From assembly GCA_045568075.1 (NCBI GenBank), contig JBJLBP010000001.1, positions 210,001-242,000 of the forward strand: 32,000 nt of DNA. Reading direction: 5' to 3'. A program made the translations under genes and the position numbers. The notes below the pieces were generated by a model, which saw only the letters and a program-made list of their open reading frames with translations, was not told where the DNA came from and did no database searches. The stretch is from Candidatus Thalassarchaeaceae archaeon. GTDB lineage: Archaea > Thermoplasmatota > Poseidoniia > Poseidoniales > Thalassarchaeaceae. This document shows, piece by piece, positions 14,396-21,866 of the stretch (its first letter is position 1; each line of letters begins with the position of its first letter).

Positions 14396-14665
14396 ATGGC
14401 GAACAGGCTCACTCTCTACAAGTGCCGCTCCTGCAACCGCACTGACCGCAAACCGTACGATCCAGACGGCAACGCCTCGTGCAATCATTGCAGCTCACCG
14501 ATGGACTCTCTTGAGCCTCGATACAAGTGTCTGCGCTGCGGGCACATCGAGTGGATAGAGGTCGGCACAGTTGGCAAGTCATGTCACAAGTGTGGATACC
14601 GTATCTTCGTCAAGCCGCGCAAGGAAGGAACTGACCGCGGATACAAGATTCTCCGAGCACGCTGA
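14396..14665 (+). CDS. rpoP: DNA-directed RNA polymerase subunit P (Rpo12/RPABC4-like) with an extra N-terminal zinc ribbon
   Basis: The C-terminal half YKCLRCGHIEWIEVGTVGKSCHKCGYRIFVKPRKE matches the RpoP pattern (YxCxxCG...CPxCGYRIxxKxR). The N-terminal half YKCRSCNRTDRKPYDPDGNASCNHCSSP repeats the same C-x2-C-x14/15-C-x2-C layout. Start taken at ATG 14396 (the track ORF starts at 14357). Confidence 0.7.
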   Translation: MANRLTLYKCRSCNRTDRKPYDPDGNASCNHCSSPMDSLEPRYKCLRCGHIEWIEVGTVGKSCHKCGYRIFVKPRKEGTDRGYKILRAR

Positions 14666-14742
14666 AAATCGCAGCACTCGACGCCCCTCCCCAGTGGAAG
14701 GGTTGGCGCTCACTTCAAGACCCGCCTCACTCACGTTACCCT

Positions 14743-15882
14743 GTGGCGAGTTGGCTGAGCACTCATGCTCCGCGTACCTTCGACGAATTGGCTGTGCCCG
14801 CCGGAGTTCGTGATGCCCTTGTCGGCGCTAGCTTAGCGGCTGAACCCCCGCATCTTCTGATTACTGGGCCTGCGGGGGTAGGAAAGACGGCCGCATGGAG
14901 GTTGGTCGCCCGGCAGATGCTAGGCCCTGGGTGGCAGGCGACTACGCATGTTCTACAGGCGCGCGACCTAGTTCGAACTCGCGGAGCGATGGCCAAGTTC
15001 GAGGGATTTCTCAGACCAGGTGGTTCGGGTTCAACAGATACTCTCGCCGGTAGAATGAGTCTGGATGCCTATGATCGCGGGATTATCCAGGCTGCAGAGG
15101 GCGATGTGGCTCCGGCTGGGGCTGAGATAGAGATTCAACCAGGACGAGTTCCAGTCAGCCGGTTATTGGTAATCGAGGACGCCGACCATCTGGGCGGCAT
15201 CAGACAAGCATACCTTCGTCGCATGATGGAAACTGTCGGCGTCGCCAGCCGATTCATTCTGGTTGCGCGAGCACCTTCTCGCTTGATCGATGCCATTCGC
15301 TCGCGCACGAGGATGGTAAGGATTCCTTCCACTGAAAAAGATCTCGTCATCGAGACCATGCGCTCATTGGCTGCAAAGGAAGGGGCCGAGGTCGACGATG
15401 GAGTTCTGGGAGACCTCGCTTACGTGTCTGACGGCAACCTTCGGAAGTCTCTCTTCACTCTCGAAATGCTTGATGCGAGAGGATTAGCGGCCGATAGATC
15501 CGCAGTCCATCGGCTGGTGCAAGCGACAACGCTGCAAGCAGGGCGCCATTTGCTTGAGTTGGCATTGCGCGGGCGCGTAGTCGAATGGCGCTGGGAAAAT
15601 GTTCGCGGCCGCCGCTCCAAGGTTTTGGCAGGAGCCATGGCCGAGGTCGACCGATTGATGAACGATCATGGCCTCGATGCGGACGATCTCATCTCACAAT
15701 TGCACGACGTGTTGGTCGGCCGCCGCTTGTCATTGCCTGATGAATTACGTAGAGAGTTGCTTGCAGACCTAGCTCTTTGCGATACACAGATTCGAAGGAC
15801 CATGCATGCAAGAATCCCATTCGAGAATTTTCTTCACAAGGCTGCAGACTCTGGTCGAAAGCATGGGCTTGCCTTCGGCTAA
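14743..15882 (+). CDS. Replication factor C small-subunit-like AAA+ clamp-loader ATPase (divergent)
   Basis: 379 aa, GTG start. WLSTHAPRTFDELAVPAGVRDAL...PPHLLITGPAGVGKT (RFC box II/Walker A), LLVIEDADHL (Walker B), and IRSRTRMVRIP at the SRC-motif position. Confidence 0.7.
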   Translation: MASWLSTHAPRTFDELAVPAGVRDALVGASLAAEPPHLLITGPAGVGKTAAWRLVARQMLGPGWQATTHVLQARDLVRTRGAMAKFEGFLRPGGSGSTDTLAGRMSLDAYDRGIIQAAEGDVAPAGAEIEIQPGRVPVSRLLVIEDADHLGGIRQAYLRRMMETVGVASRFILVARAPSRLIDAIRSRTRMVRIPSTEKDLVIETMRSLAAKEGAEVDDGVLGDLAYVSDGNLRKSLFTLEMLDARGLAADRSAVHRLVQATTLQAGRHLLELALRGRVVEWRWENVRGRRSKVLAGAMAEVDRLMNDHGLDADDLISQLHDVLVGRRLSLPDELRRELLADLALCDTQIRRTMHARIPFENFLHKAADSGRKHGLAFG

Positions 15883-15894
15883 TCAGTAAATTAG

Positions 15895-15971
15895 TGGCGG
15901 GCGATACAGGATTTGAACCCGTGTTCTCGGCTTAGGAGGCCAAGGTGATATCCAGACTACACTAATCGCCC
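15895..15971 (-). tRNA. tRNA-Arg (anticodon CCU), CCA encoded
   Basis: Reverse complement is GGGCGATTAGTGTAGTCTGGATATCACCTTGGCCTCCTAAGCCGAGAACACGGGTTCAAATCCTGTATCGCCCGCCA. Acceptor GGGCGAT/ATCGCCC. Anticodon stem TTGGC/GCCGA, loop CTCCTAA. T loop TTCAAAT. Confidence 0.9.
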
Positions 15972-16077
15972 AGTTCTGCGACCGCACCTCCCTCAAGAAT
16001 AGTATGGGTCTGTAAATCGCCACCAAAGGCCCACATTCCAGCCGAGAGAATCAAGCCCTGAGTGGGGTCGGAGGGCC

Positions 16078-17541
16078 ATGGCGAGCGAGCGTAGTCTGCC
16101 CACTCCTTACGCAGAGGAGAGCGAGCGCCACGTTCAGCAGGAGCAAGCCCTGAGTCTGAGAGTCAAGGCCAGAGACGCAGGACGCAAGTTCTGGGTTCGC
16201 ATTGCATCGAGTAGTCCTCTACCTCAATTGCGGCTATTTCTTTCAGTGGTCGCACCAATCACTTCCGCCCTCCTTCTCATCGGTTGGGAAAGAGCCTCAT
16301 TTCCAATCGCGATTGCTGTTCATGTAGCTTTGACGGCGAGTTTTGTACCAGCTCTTTTGGCAGCATCTTTCGCGCGAATGTCTGCAAGAGACAGACTGAG
16401 GTTGCGCGCGGTTGGATTCCGTTCGATGAATGCATATCCCGGCGTAGAACGGATTCTGAATTCCCTCGATGAGAGACGTATCCGTGAGCGCGTCAGATTG
16501 TCTTGTGCAATTCTTGCCACGGCCGCACTGGCGTCACTGTGGAATCTCGCGGCTGGAACTACTCTGAGTTCTCTGGTAATCGGGTCCTGCGTTGTGTTGG
16601 GGGCCATAACTGCGCTCAATACACTGCGGCTCGAAGAGTCGATTCCGATGCGCTCGAATTCGTTTCCTCTTCTATCCCTACATGCCCCAACCATTCACGC
16701 CAGCACACTTGACCGAGTACTCTCGGACCTCTTGGTAGCGCATCTTGACCCGGAGACGGCCAGTCATTGGGATATCTGGATTAAATCACTGCATGACGAT
16801 GTGAGGAGCGATCAGACGGCTGAGTCAGCAGTCGAACACTTGCTACAAGCGATACACCTTGAGCACCTTGGACTACTCGATGAGAATGGATTGTTGAGCG
16901 AGACACGAAGGGTGTTCAAGGTCTCGGCGATCGATGGGCTGATTGCCGAGCATTCGAGATTCAATATGATCGCTCTCAGGCGCTTACTCACCCACACCCG
17001 CGCTTGGCAGCCTGGTTTGTTTCGCTTGACGGATCGCTTACAGGATTCGGTAATTCGTGGCGACCCCAGTCTCATCGAGGCGGCTTGGCGACTAGACCTC
17101 GACCTACCTCCTAGATGTGGTCAGGGGCAGGGAGATCTCTTCGTGATGATTCACAATCATTCAGGCCGAAAACAGTCGATCGAGGTTGATATTTTGGCCG
17201 CTGAAGGAGAACCTGAACTTCAGACTCTGCGGGTGTTGGCGAGAGCCTCTTCGAAGCCACAGAAACCCATCTCTGTCAATGATCAGCGAGGTGTTCTTAC
17301 CGAGTCATTCGGTCGCTTATTGGCAGACTCCACAGTACTGTGGATAGGATTGGCGTGGCCCGATTCTCTATCTGGGCCGCATCCAGTACAAGTGACTCTT
17401 CGTAACGAGGAAGGCGAGACTCTCGAATCGATTGTGGTGCGGACCACGCTATCTTCTGGAGTTCAGGCGGAGAGCATGGGTCACCGGATGGCAGACGCTG
17501 CATCGGAGGTTCGCAGAATTGCTCTCGCCTTGGCTGATTGA
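16078..17541 (+). CDS. Hypothetical membrane protein (about 4 N-terminal hydrophobic segments plus a roughly 300-aa soluble domain)
   Basis: 487-aa ORF with hydrophobic stretches (LFLSVVAPITSALLLIGW, IAIAVHVALTASFVPALLAASF, ILATAALASLWNLAAG, LVIGSCVVLGAITAL). I recognise no family motif. Confidence 0.6.
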   Translation: MASERSLPTPYAEESERHVQQEQALSLRVKARDAGRKFWVRIASSSPLPQLRLFLSVVAPITSALLLIGWERASFPIAIAVHVALTASFVPALLAASFARMSARDRLRLRAVGFRSMNAYPGVERILNSLDERRIRERVRLSCAILATAALASLWNLAAGTTLSSLVIGSCVVLGAITALNTLRLEESIPMRSNSFPLLSLHAPTIHASTLDRVLSDLLVAHLDPETASHWDIWIKSLHDDVRSDQTAESAVEHLLQAIHLEHLGLLDENGLLSETRRVFKVSAIDGLIAEHSRFNMIALRRLLTHTRAWQPGLFRLTDRLQDSVIRGDPSLIEAAWRLDLDLPPRCGQGQGDLFVMIHNHSGRKQSIEVDILAAEGEPELQTLRVLARASSKPQKPISVNDQRGVLTESFGRLLADSTVLWIGLAWPDSLSGPHPVQVTLRNEEGETLESIVVRTTLSSGVQAESMGHRMADAASEVRRIALALAD

Positions 17542-17658
17542 GTTTTCATCAACCCCTCCTCGAGTCACGTTTTCTTCACTCAATCAGTGCCGGTATCGGG
17601 ACGAGAGTCCCGAGCGTCATCTTCATGTTGGCCTTGCGGCTCGCCGGAGCCGAGAACA

Positions 17659-19089
17659 ATGGAGTCCTGGGATCTCATCATCATCGGCTCTGGCCCTGCT
17701 GCGCTTCGCGCCGCGGTTGCTGCAGCCGATTCAGGCACTATTCCCGTCCTCATTGAATCCGGTGGAATTAACGCTGGGAGTTCAAATTCTGACCTCGCTG
17801 GCATGGCTGCCTCAATCGACGAGGTCAGCTCGTCCGCACACCGCGATGATACGATTGCTGCCGGCGGTGAATCCACCAACAAGATAGCAGCTGCGCGAAT
17901 TTGCGGAGAGGGAGTGGGAGTCCTAGCAGAACTCGAGCGGTGGGGCCTTGTTCTACGCCGCCGCGATGGTGGTTTACCTCACGCTAGCCAAGTGTCTGGA
18001 CACAGCATGCCTCGACTCACTGGTTGCGGCGATGCAACCGGTCGCAACACAACTCGAATCCTCGAAGAACAGGCGATGAAGCGCGGCGTAATTCGCCGAG
18101 CCGATTTGCGAGCGATGTCTCTAGTGATGGATAGCAACCAAGTTCGAGGCATAACCGCCTACGACATGAGTACTGGCGAAGTAGTGGGAATCCAATCCAA
18201 GGCAGTTATCCTCGCCACAGCAGGCCACCAAGGCATCTGGTCTGGTTCAGCCAATGGTGCCGGCCTCGGCTCTTCCCTAGCAGCCTCTGCCGGGATCTCT
18301 CTCAATGGCTTAGCAAACAATCCCACTCACCCTCTGACAGTGCGAGGTACTGACCTCAATATCAGCATCGACGTACTCGGCTCAGGAGGCCGTGTGCGCA
18401 CATCATCTGGCGAAGACGTCGACCCATCTGAGGTCGGCGACGACAATTGCATACTCGACCTTCGCAACATGGATTCAGCCGCTCACGCCTGGTTCGCGAA
18501 CACGCGTTCCCGAATCAAGGATAGAACCGGACTTGACATCTCAAGAGATGTAGTTCCAATCAGCAGCACCATTGCAGCCACGACTGGTGGAGCGCCCGTT
18601 GATGATCATGGGCGAGTTACTATCGAAGATGGCAGTAAGTGGGCTACCGGACTCTACGCGGCCGGACGATCAGCCCACAACGGAATGCATGGAGAGGGCC
18701 TCCTCGCGGGCAATCTCCTCCTCGACGATCTCGTAGGGGGCCGTAATGCCGGAACACATGCAGGAGCGTGGGCAGCAGAGGCAAGCTTTGCAGGTTCAGG
18801 CCTTGTTGAGGAAGCGTTCGAATCAGCAAAAGCACGTATTGAAGCCCTTCAAACTAACACTGGTTCTTCCGTCGGCCAAGTTGCCGCAACTCTCTCTTCA
18901 ATCATGGATTCTTGTAGCAATGGCTCGCGAGACGAGGCTTCACTGAAGGCCGCAGCATCGTCCCTGGCCGACCTAAAATCCACAGGAATTAAGGTCACAG
19001 ATTCATCAATGGTGATGAACACAGAATTGTCAGCCGCTCTCGAGGTTGAGGGCATGATTTCTCTTGCCGAGCAAATAGCGAGTTCGTGA
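17659..19089 (+). CDS. FAD-dependent oxidoreductase of the succinate dehydrogenase/fumarate reductase flavoprotein / L-aspartate oxidase family (divergent)
   Basis: From the internal Met: MESWDLIIIGSGPAALRAAVAAADSG (GxGxxG), AILATAGHQG, and C-terminal GLYAAGRSAHNGMHGEGLLAGNLLLDDLVGGRNAG, which aligns to the family's GLYAAGE...HGANRLGGNSL block. The 500-aa track ORF has an unsupported N-terminal extension. Confidence 0.7.
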   Translation: MESWDLIIIGSGPAALRAAVAAADSGTIPVLIESGGINAGSSNSDLAGMAASIDEVSSSAHRDDTIAAGGESTNKIAAARICGEGVGVLAELERWGLVLRRRDGGLPHASQVSGHSMPRLTGCGDATGRNTTRILEEQAMKRGVIRRADLRAMSLVMDSNQVRGITAYDMSTGEVVGIQSKAVILATAGHQGIWSGSANGAGLGSSLAASAGISLNGLANNPTHPLTVRGTDLNISIDVLGSGGRVRTSSGEDVDPSEVGDDNCILDLRNMDSAAHAWFANTRSRIKDRTGLDISRDVVPISSTIAATTGGAPVDDHGRVTIEDGSKWATGLYAAGRSAHNGMHGEGLLAGNLLLDDLVGGRNAGTHAGAWAAEASFAGSGLVEEAFESAKARIEALQTNTGSSVGQVAATLSSIMDSCSNGSRDEASLKAAASSLADLKSTGIKVTDSSMVMNTELSAALEVEGMISLAEQIASS

Positions 19090-19098
19090 GGTTATGAG

Positions 19099-19518
19099 AT
19101 GGGTGAAGAACCAACCCTCTTCACAAGAATCATCGAAGGCGAGTTGCCTTGTCACAAGTTGTATGAGGACGAACACACCATCGCATTCCTAGACATTCAA
19201 CCTCTGACGAGAGGCCATACACTGGTGGTTCCGAAAGAACCAGCCCCCTCGTTTGATCAACTTAGTTCGGAATCAGCTTCGGCGCTAGGCGGCGCCCTTC
19301 CTGCAATATGCAAAGCAGTCTTGCGAGCAACGGGTGCGACTTCCTACAACCTAATCCAAAACAATGGACAGGAGGCAGGGATGTCAATAGCCCACGTACA
19401 TATTCACATAATTCCACGATACCCCTCCTCAACCCATTCTTTCCTCTGGGAATACGGAAAAATCGATCATGATGATGCGAAATCTCTCGCTGAAGACATA
19501 TCTGCTGCCTTAGATTAG
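19099..19518 (+). CDS. HIT-family (histidine triad) nucleotide hydrolase/transferase
   Basis: 139 aa. FTRIIEGELPCHKLYEDEHTIAFLDIQP and the triad HVHIHIIPR. Confidence 0.85.
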   Translation: MGEEPTLFTRIIEGELPCHKLYEDEHTIAFLDIQPLTRGHTLVVPKEPAPSFDQLSSESASALGGALPAICKAVLRATGATSYNLIQNNGQEAGMSIAHVHIHIIPRYPSSTHSFLWEYGKIDHDDAKSLAEDISAALD

Positions 19519-19557
19519 AATCGGTGTATTCTCAACCTCCACCAGCCTCGCATCACC

Positions 19558-21048
19558 ATGACTGATCCTCAGAATGCGCCGGAGATCCTACCGGAGTTGT
19601 CTCAGAGCGCGACTCGTTTGAAGCGCGACAAGCTAGAGCGCGTTCCTCACGACACCACTGGCAAGCACCCAGGAAAGAGGTGGGCTCAGAGCGCTCTTGA
19701 CCTCATGTTCGAGTTGGGCAATCAAGCGATTTTTAGAAATTGGAAGGCAGATTCTGTTCCCGAAGCCAATGGCGGGGCGATATATGTCGCCACACACATC
19801 AATGGGCTTGTCGATCCAATGGTGATTACACGCGTACAAAAGAAACGAGTCATCTCCCTTGGCAGGCACGATCTAACAACTCGACCGGTCATTGGATGGT
19901 GGGCCCGACGCTTCGGAAGCCAACCAGTACTGCGTCGAGCTGAGATTGAGGCCGGGATTGTCGATGCAGAATTCGCCCGCTACATCAATGATCGAGGCAT
20001 GCTAACAGTCGCTTCCTGCCTCGCCACAGGGCACTCAGCTGTCGTAATGCCTGAAGGCAAATCGCATCAAGATTCGAAGTTGCACGCGCTTCGTACAGGC
20101 TCCTCCCGTTCTGCGCTGGCCTCGGCGGCAATAGCCGATGAGAAGGGTTTACCCGCCCCAGTAGTCCAGCCCGTAGGACTTCACTGGCGCACTCATCATT
20201 GGCTCAGGACTGACCATTATGTCGAGTTCGGTGAGCCGATTGACATTCCTTCGACCTACTCGTTAGAAGACCGCGCACGCCTTGCCAATGGAGAATGGAT
20301 TGAACCCTCACATGATGACACTATTGAGATGCGTACACGTATCTTCGACGCCCTATCTCCAATGACTCCCAACGCACCAGATTGGGAAACCTATCGCGCT
20401 TGGAAACTCATTGCCCACCTCGGTGCCAACAAGGCAGGCGCCCCACTACACAGTCTGTCCGAAGAGGTCCACGCCACTCGCAAGGTCCGCGAAACCCTTG
20501 GGGCTGAGTCAGAGTCCTCGATGTTGGAAGAAGCCAAGGAAGCAGCTGAAATCCTTCATAGAAACGATCTGTATGCTACTGCATTTTCCCAATCCAACCG
20601 CCTTCGAGGCAAATCTGTTGGTGATTATCTCAAGGGGTTGCTTGGGGTGCTGCTTATGCTGGCGGGCCTCCCCATCGCCATTCCTTCATCAGGGCTACAG
20701 TGGGGTGTTGCAAAGTCCATGGCCGAAAGTAGCGATGAAGGGCTCGACTCACGAACTAGTTACTTCATGCTCGCAGCCATGTTCTCACCTATCTTTTTCT
20801 GGCCGCCATGCGCCCTCATTGGAACACTAATTCTGACTGGTGGAGCCCTTGAGATCTCCACATTGTGGGTATTCATCTTGCTAATTCTCATATTCTATCT
20901 CTCTGCATCAATCAGCATCAAGGGATACGACCTGTGGTCCGACTCAACTTCAGCCTCAAGACGAGCCAAACTCCTCAGTAGCGCAGACGGCGAGAGGCTC
21001 AATCTGCTCGTTGACTCCATCGCATCTCGCCTCGGCGCTCTCAAATAG
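19558..21048 (+). CDS. PlsC/LPLAT-family acyltransferase with C-terminal multi-pass membrane domain
   Basis: 496 aa. HX4D block YVATHINGLVDP, the later VVMPEGKSH (PEG block), and C-terminal hydrophobic segments (LLGVLLMLAGLPIAI, YFMLAAMFSPIFFWPPCALIGTLIL, LWVFILLILIFYL). Confidence 0.7.
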   Translation: MTDPQNAPEILPELSQSATRLKRDKLERVPHDTTGKHPGKRWAQSALDLMFELGNQAIFRNWKADSVPEANGGAIYVATHINGLVDPMVITRVQKKRVISLGRHDLTTRPVIGWWARRFGSQPVLRRAEIEAGIVDAEFARYINDRGMLTVASCLATGHSAVVMPEGKSHQDSKLHALRTGSSRSALASAAIADEKGLPAPVVQPVGLHWRTHHWLRTDHYVEFGEPIDIPSTYSLEDRARLANGEWIEPSHDDTIEMRTRIFDALSPMTPNAPDWETYRAWKLIAHLGANKAGAPLHSLSEEVHATRKVRETLGAESESSMLEEAKEAAEILHRNDLYATAFSQSNRLRGKSVGDYLKGLLGVLLMLAGLPIAIPSSGLQWGVAKSMAESSDEGLDSRTSYFMLAAMFSPIFFWPPCALIGTLILTGGALEISTLWVFILLILIFYLSASISIKGYDLWSDSTSASRRAKLLSSADGERLNLLVDSIASRLGALK

Positions 21049-21069
21049 GACCTGCAATAGTCAGCCATC

Positions 21070-21705
21070 ATGGACGGGAAGTCGGCGGCGAGTGCCATCA
21101 AGGGCTGGCTGGCCAGCGAGAAACTCGAATCCAGAGAAGTCTCGGATGCCCAAGCACTCATTCACTTGCACGTCAAGTACCCTCCAACCAAGCAGGGTCA
21201 TGTGTTCAACGTCGTCATTCCAAAGAACCGTAATCTTGTACTCGTTTATTCGATTACCAGAGTCGACGAAGGACAGCAGAATGAGATGCGAGAGCATGGT
21301 AAGGAGGCTCCTGACGCATGGGAGAAATGGCTCCACCAGACACGCCTCCAACTAACTAGAGCCGACCTTGATTGGGTCCTCCATGTTGGCAAGCCAAGCG
21401 ATGAAACGCCCGGCCCGTTGCAAGCTTTCAATCTCTCACGCCCCATCTGGTTTGACGGTCTGACCCAGAATGAATTCATGCATACTATGCGCCGTGTCTG
21501 GCTGACCAAACTTGAACTCATTCACCAGATTAAATTCGGTTATGGGCAAGGAATAGGAAAGCCCGGGAAAGTTGATGACTGGATTGCCAAGAAAGCTAAG
21601 AAGAGTTCAGGCAAATCGATTCCAACCCAAACTGAACCCAAATCGATTGATACAGATGAGACAGGCGGATTCGGCACCGATTTCGATCCCGCTGAATGGG
21701 CTTGA
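21070..21705 (+). CDS. Hypothetical protein, 211 aa
   Basis: ORF 21 nt after the acyltransferase gene on the same strand. Lys/Ser-rich acidic C-terminal tail. No motif that I can name with confidence. Confidence 0.55.
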   Translation: MDGKSAASAIKGWLASEKLESREVSDAQALIHLHVKYPPTKQGHVFNVVIPKNRNLVLVYSITRVDEGQQNEMREHGKEAPDAWEKWLHQTRLQLTRADLDWVLHVGKPSDETPGPLQAFNLSRPIWFDGLTQNEFMHTMRRVWLTKLELIHQIKFGYGQGIGKPGKVDDWIAKKAKKSSGKSIPTQTEPKSIDTDETGGFGTDFDPAEWA

Positions 21706-21866
21706 AACTTACTTATTCGCTATTTTTCGCATTGCTTTAGGGTAACGATTCAACCATCTAAACCACGACCTCAGAAACCATCCTCCTGCGTTCTTGCCTG
21801 ACGCGTAAGCGTCGAGGTTAAGTATCGAAACAAAGCGAAACGAGATGTTGTAGCGTTGTTGCTGGA

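Noticed and set aside
17432-17887. ORFs 17432-17887 (+), 17538-17756 (+) and 17580-17882 (-), and the 24-codon upstream extension of the flavoprotein ORF (17587-17658)
   Set aside because: They overlap the end of the 487-aa gene or the GxGxxG start of the flavoprotein. The flavoprotein family N-terminus begins at MESWDLIIIGSG (17659).
21800-21813. Small inverted repeat GACGC-gtaa-GCGTC and nearby gcgaaac direct repeats upstream of the giant surface-protein gene
   Set aside because: It is a 5-bp stem only, too short to separate from chance without comparative data. I noted it but did not call it a regulatory site.
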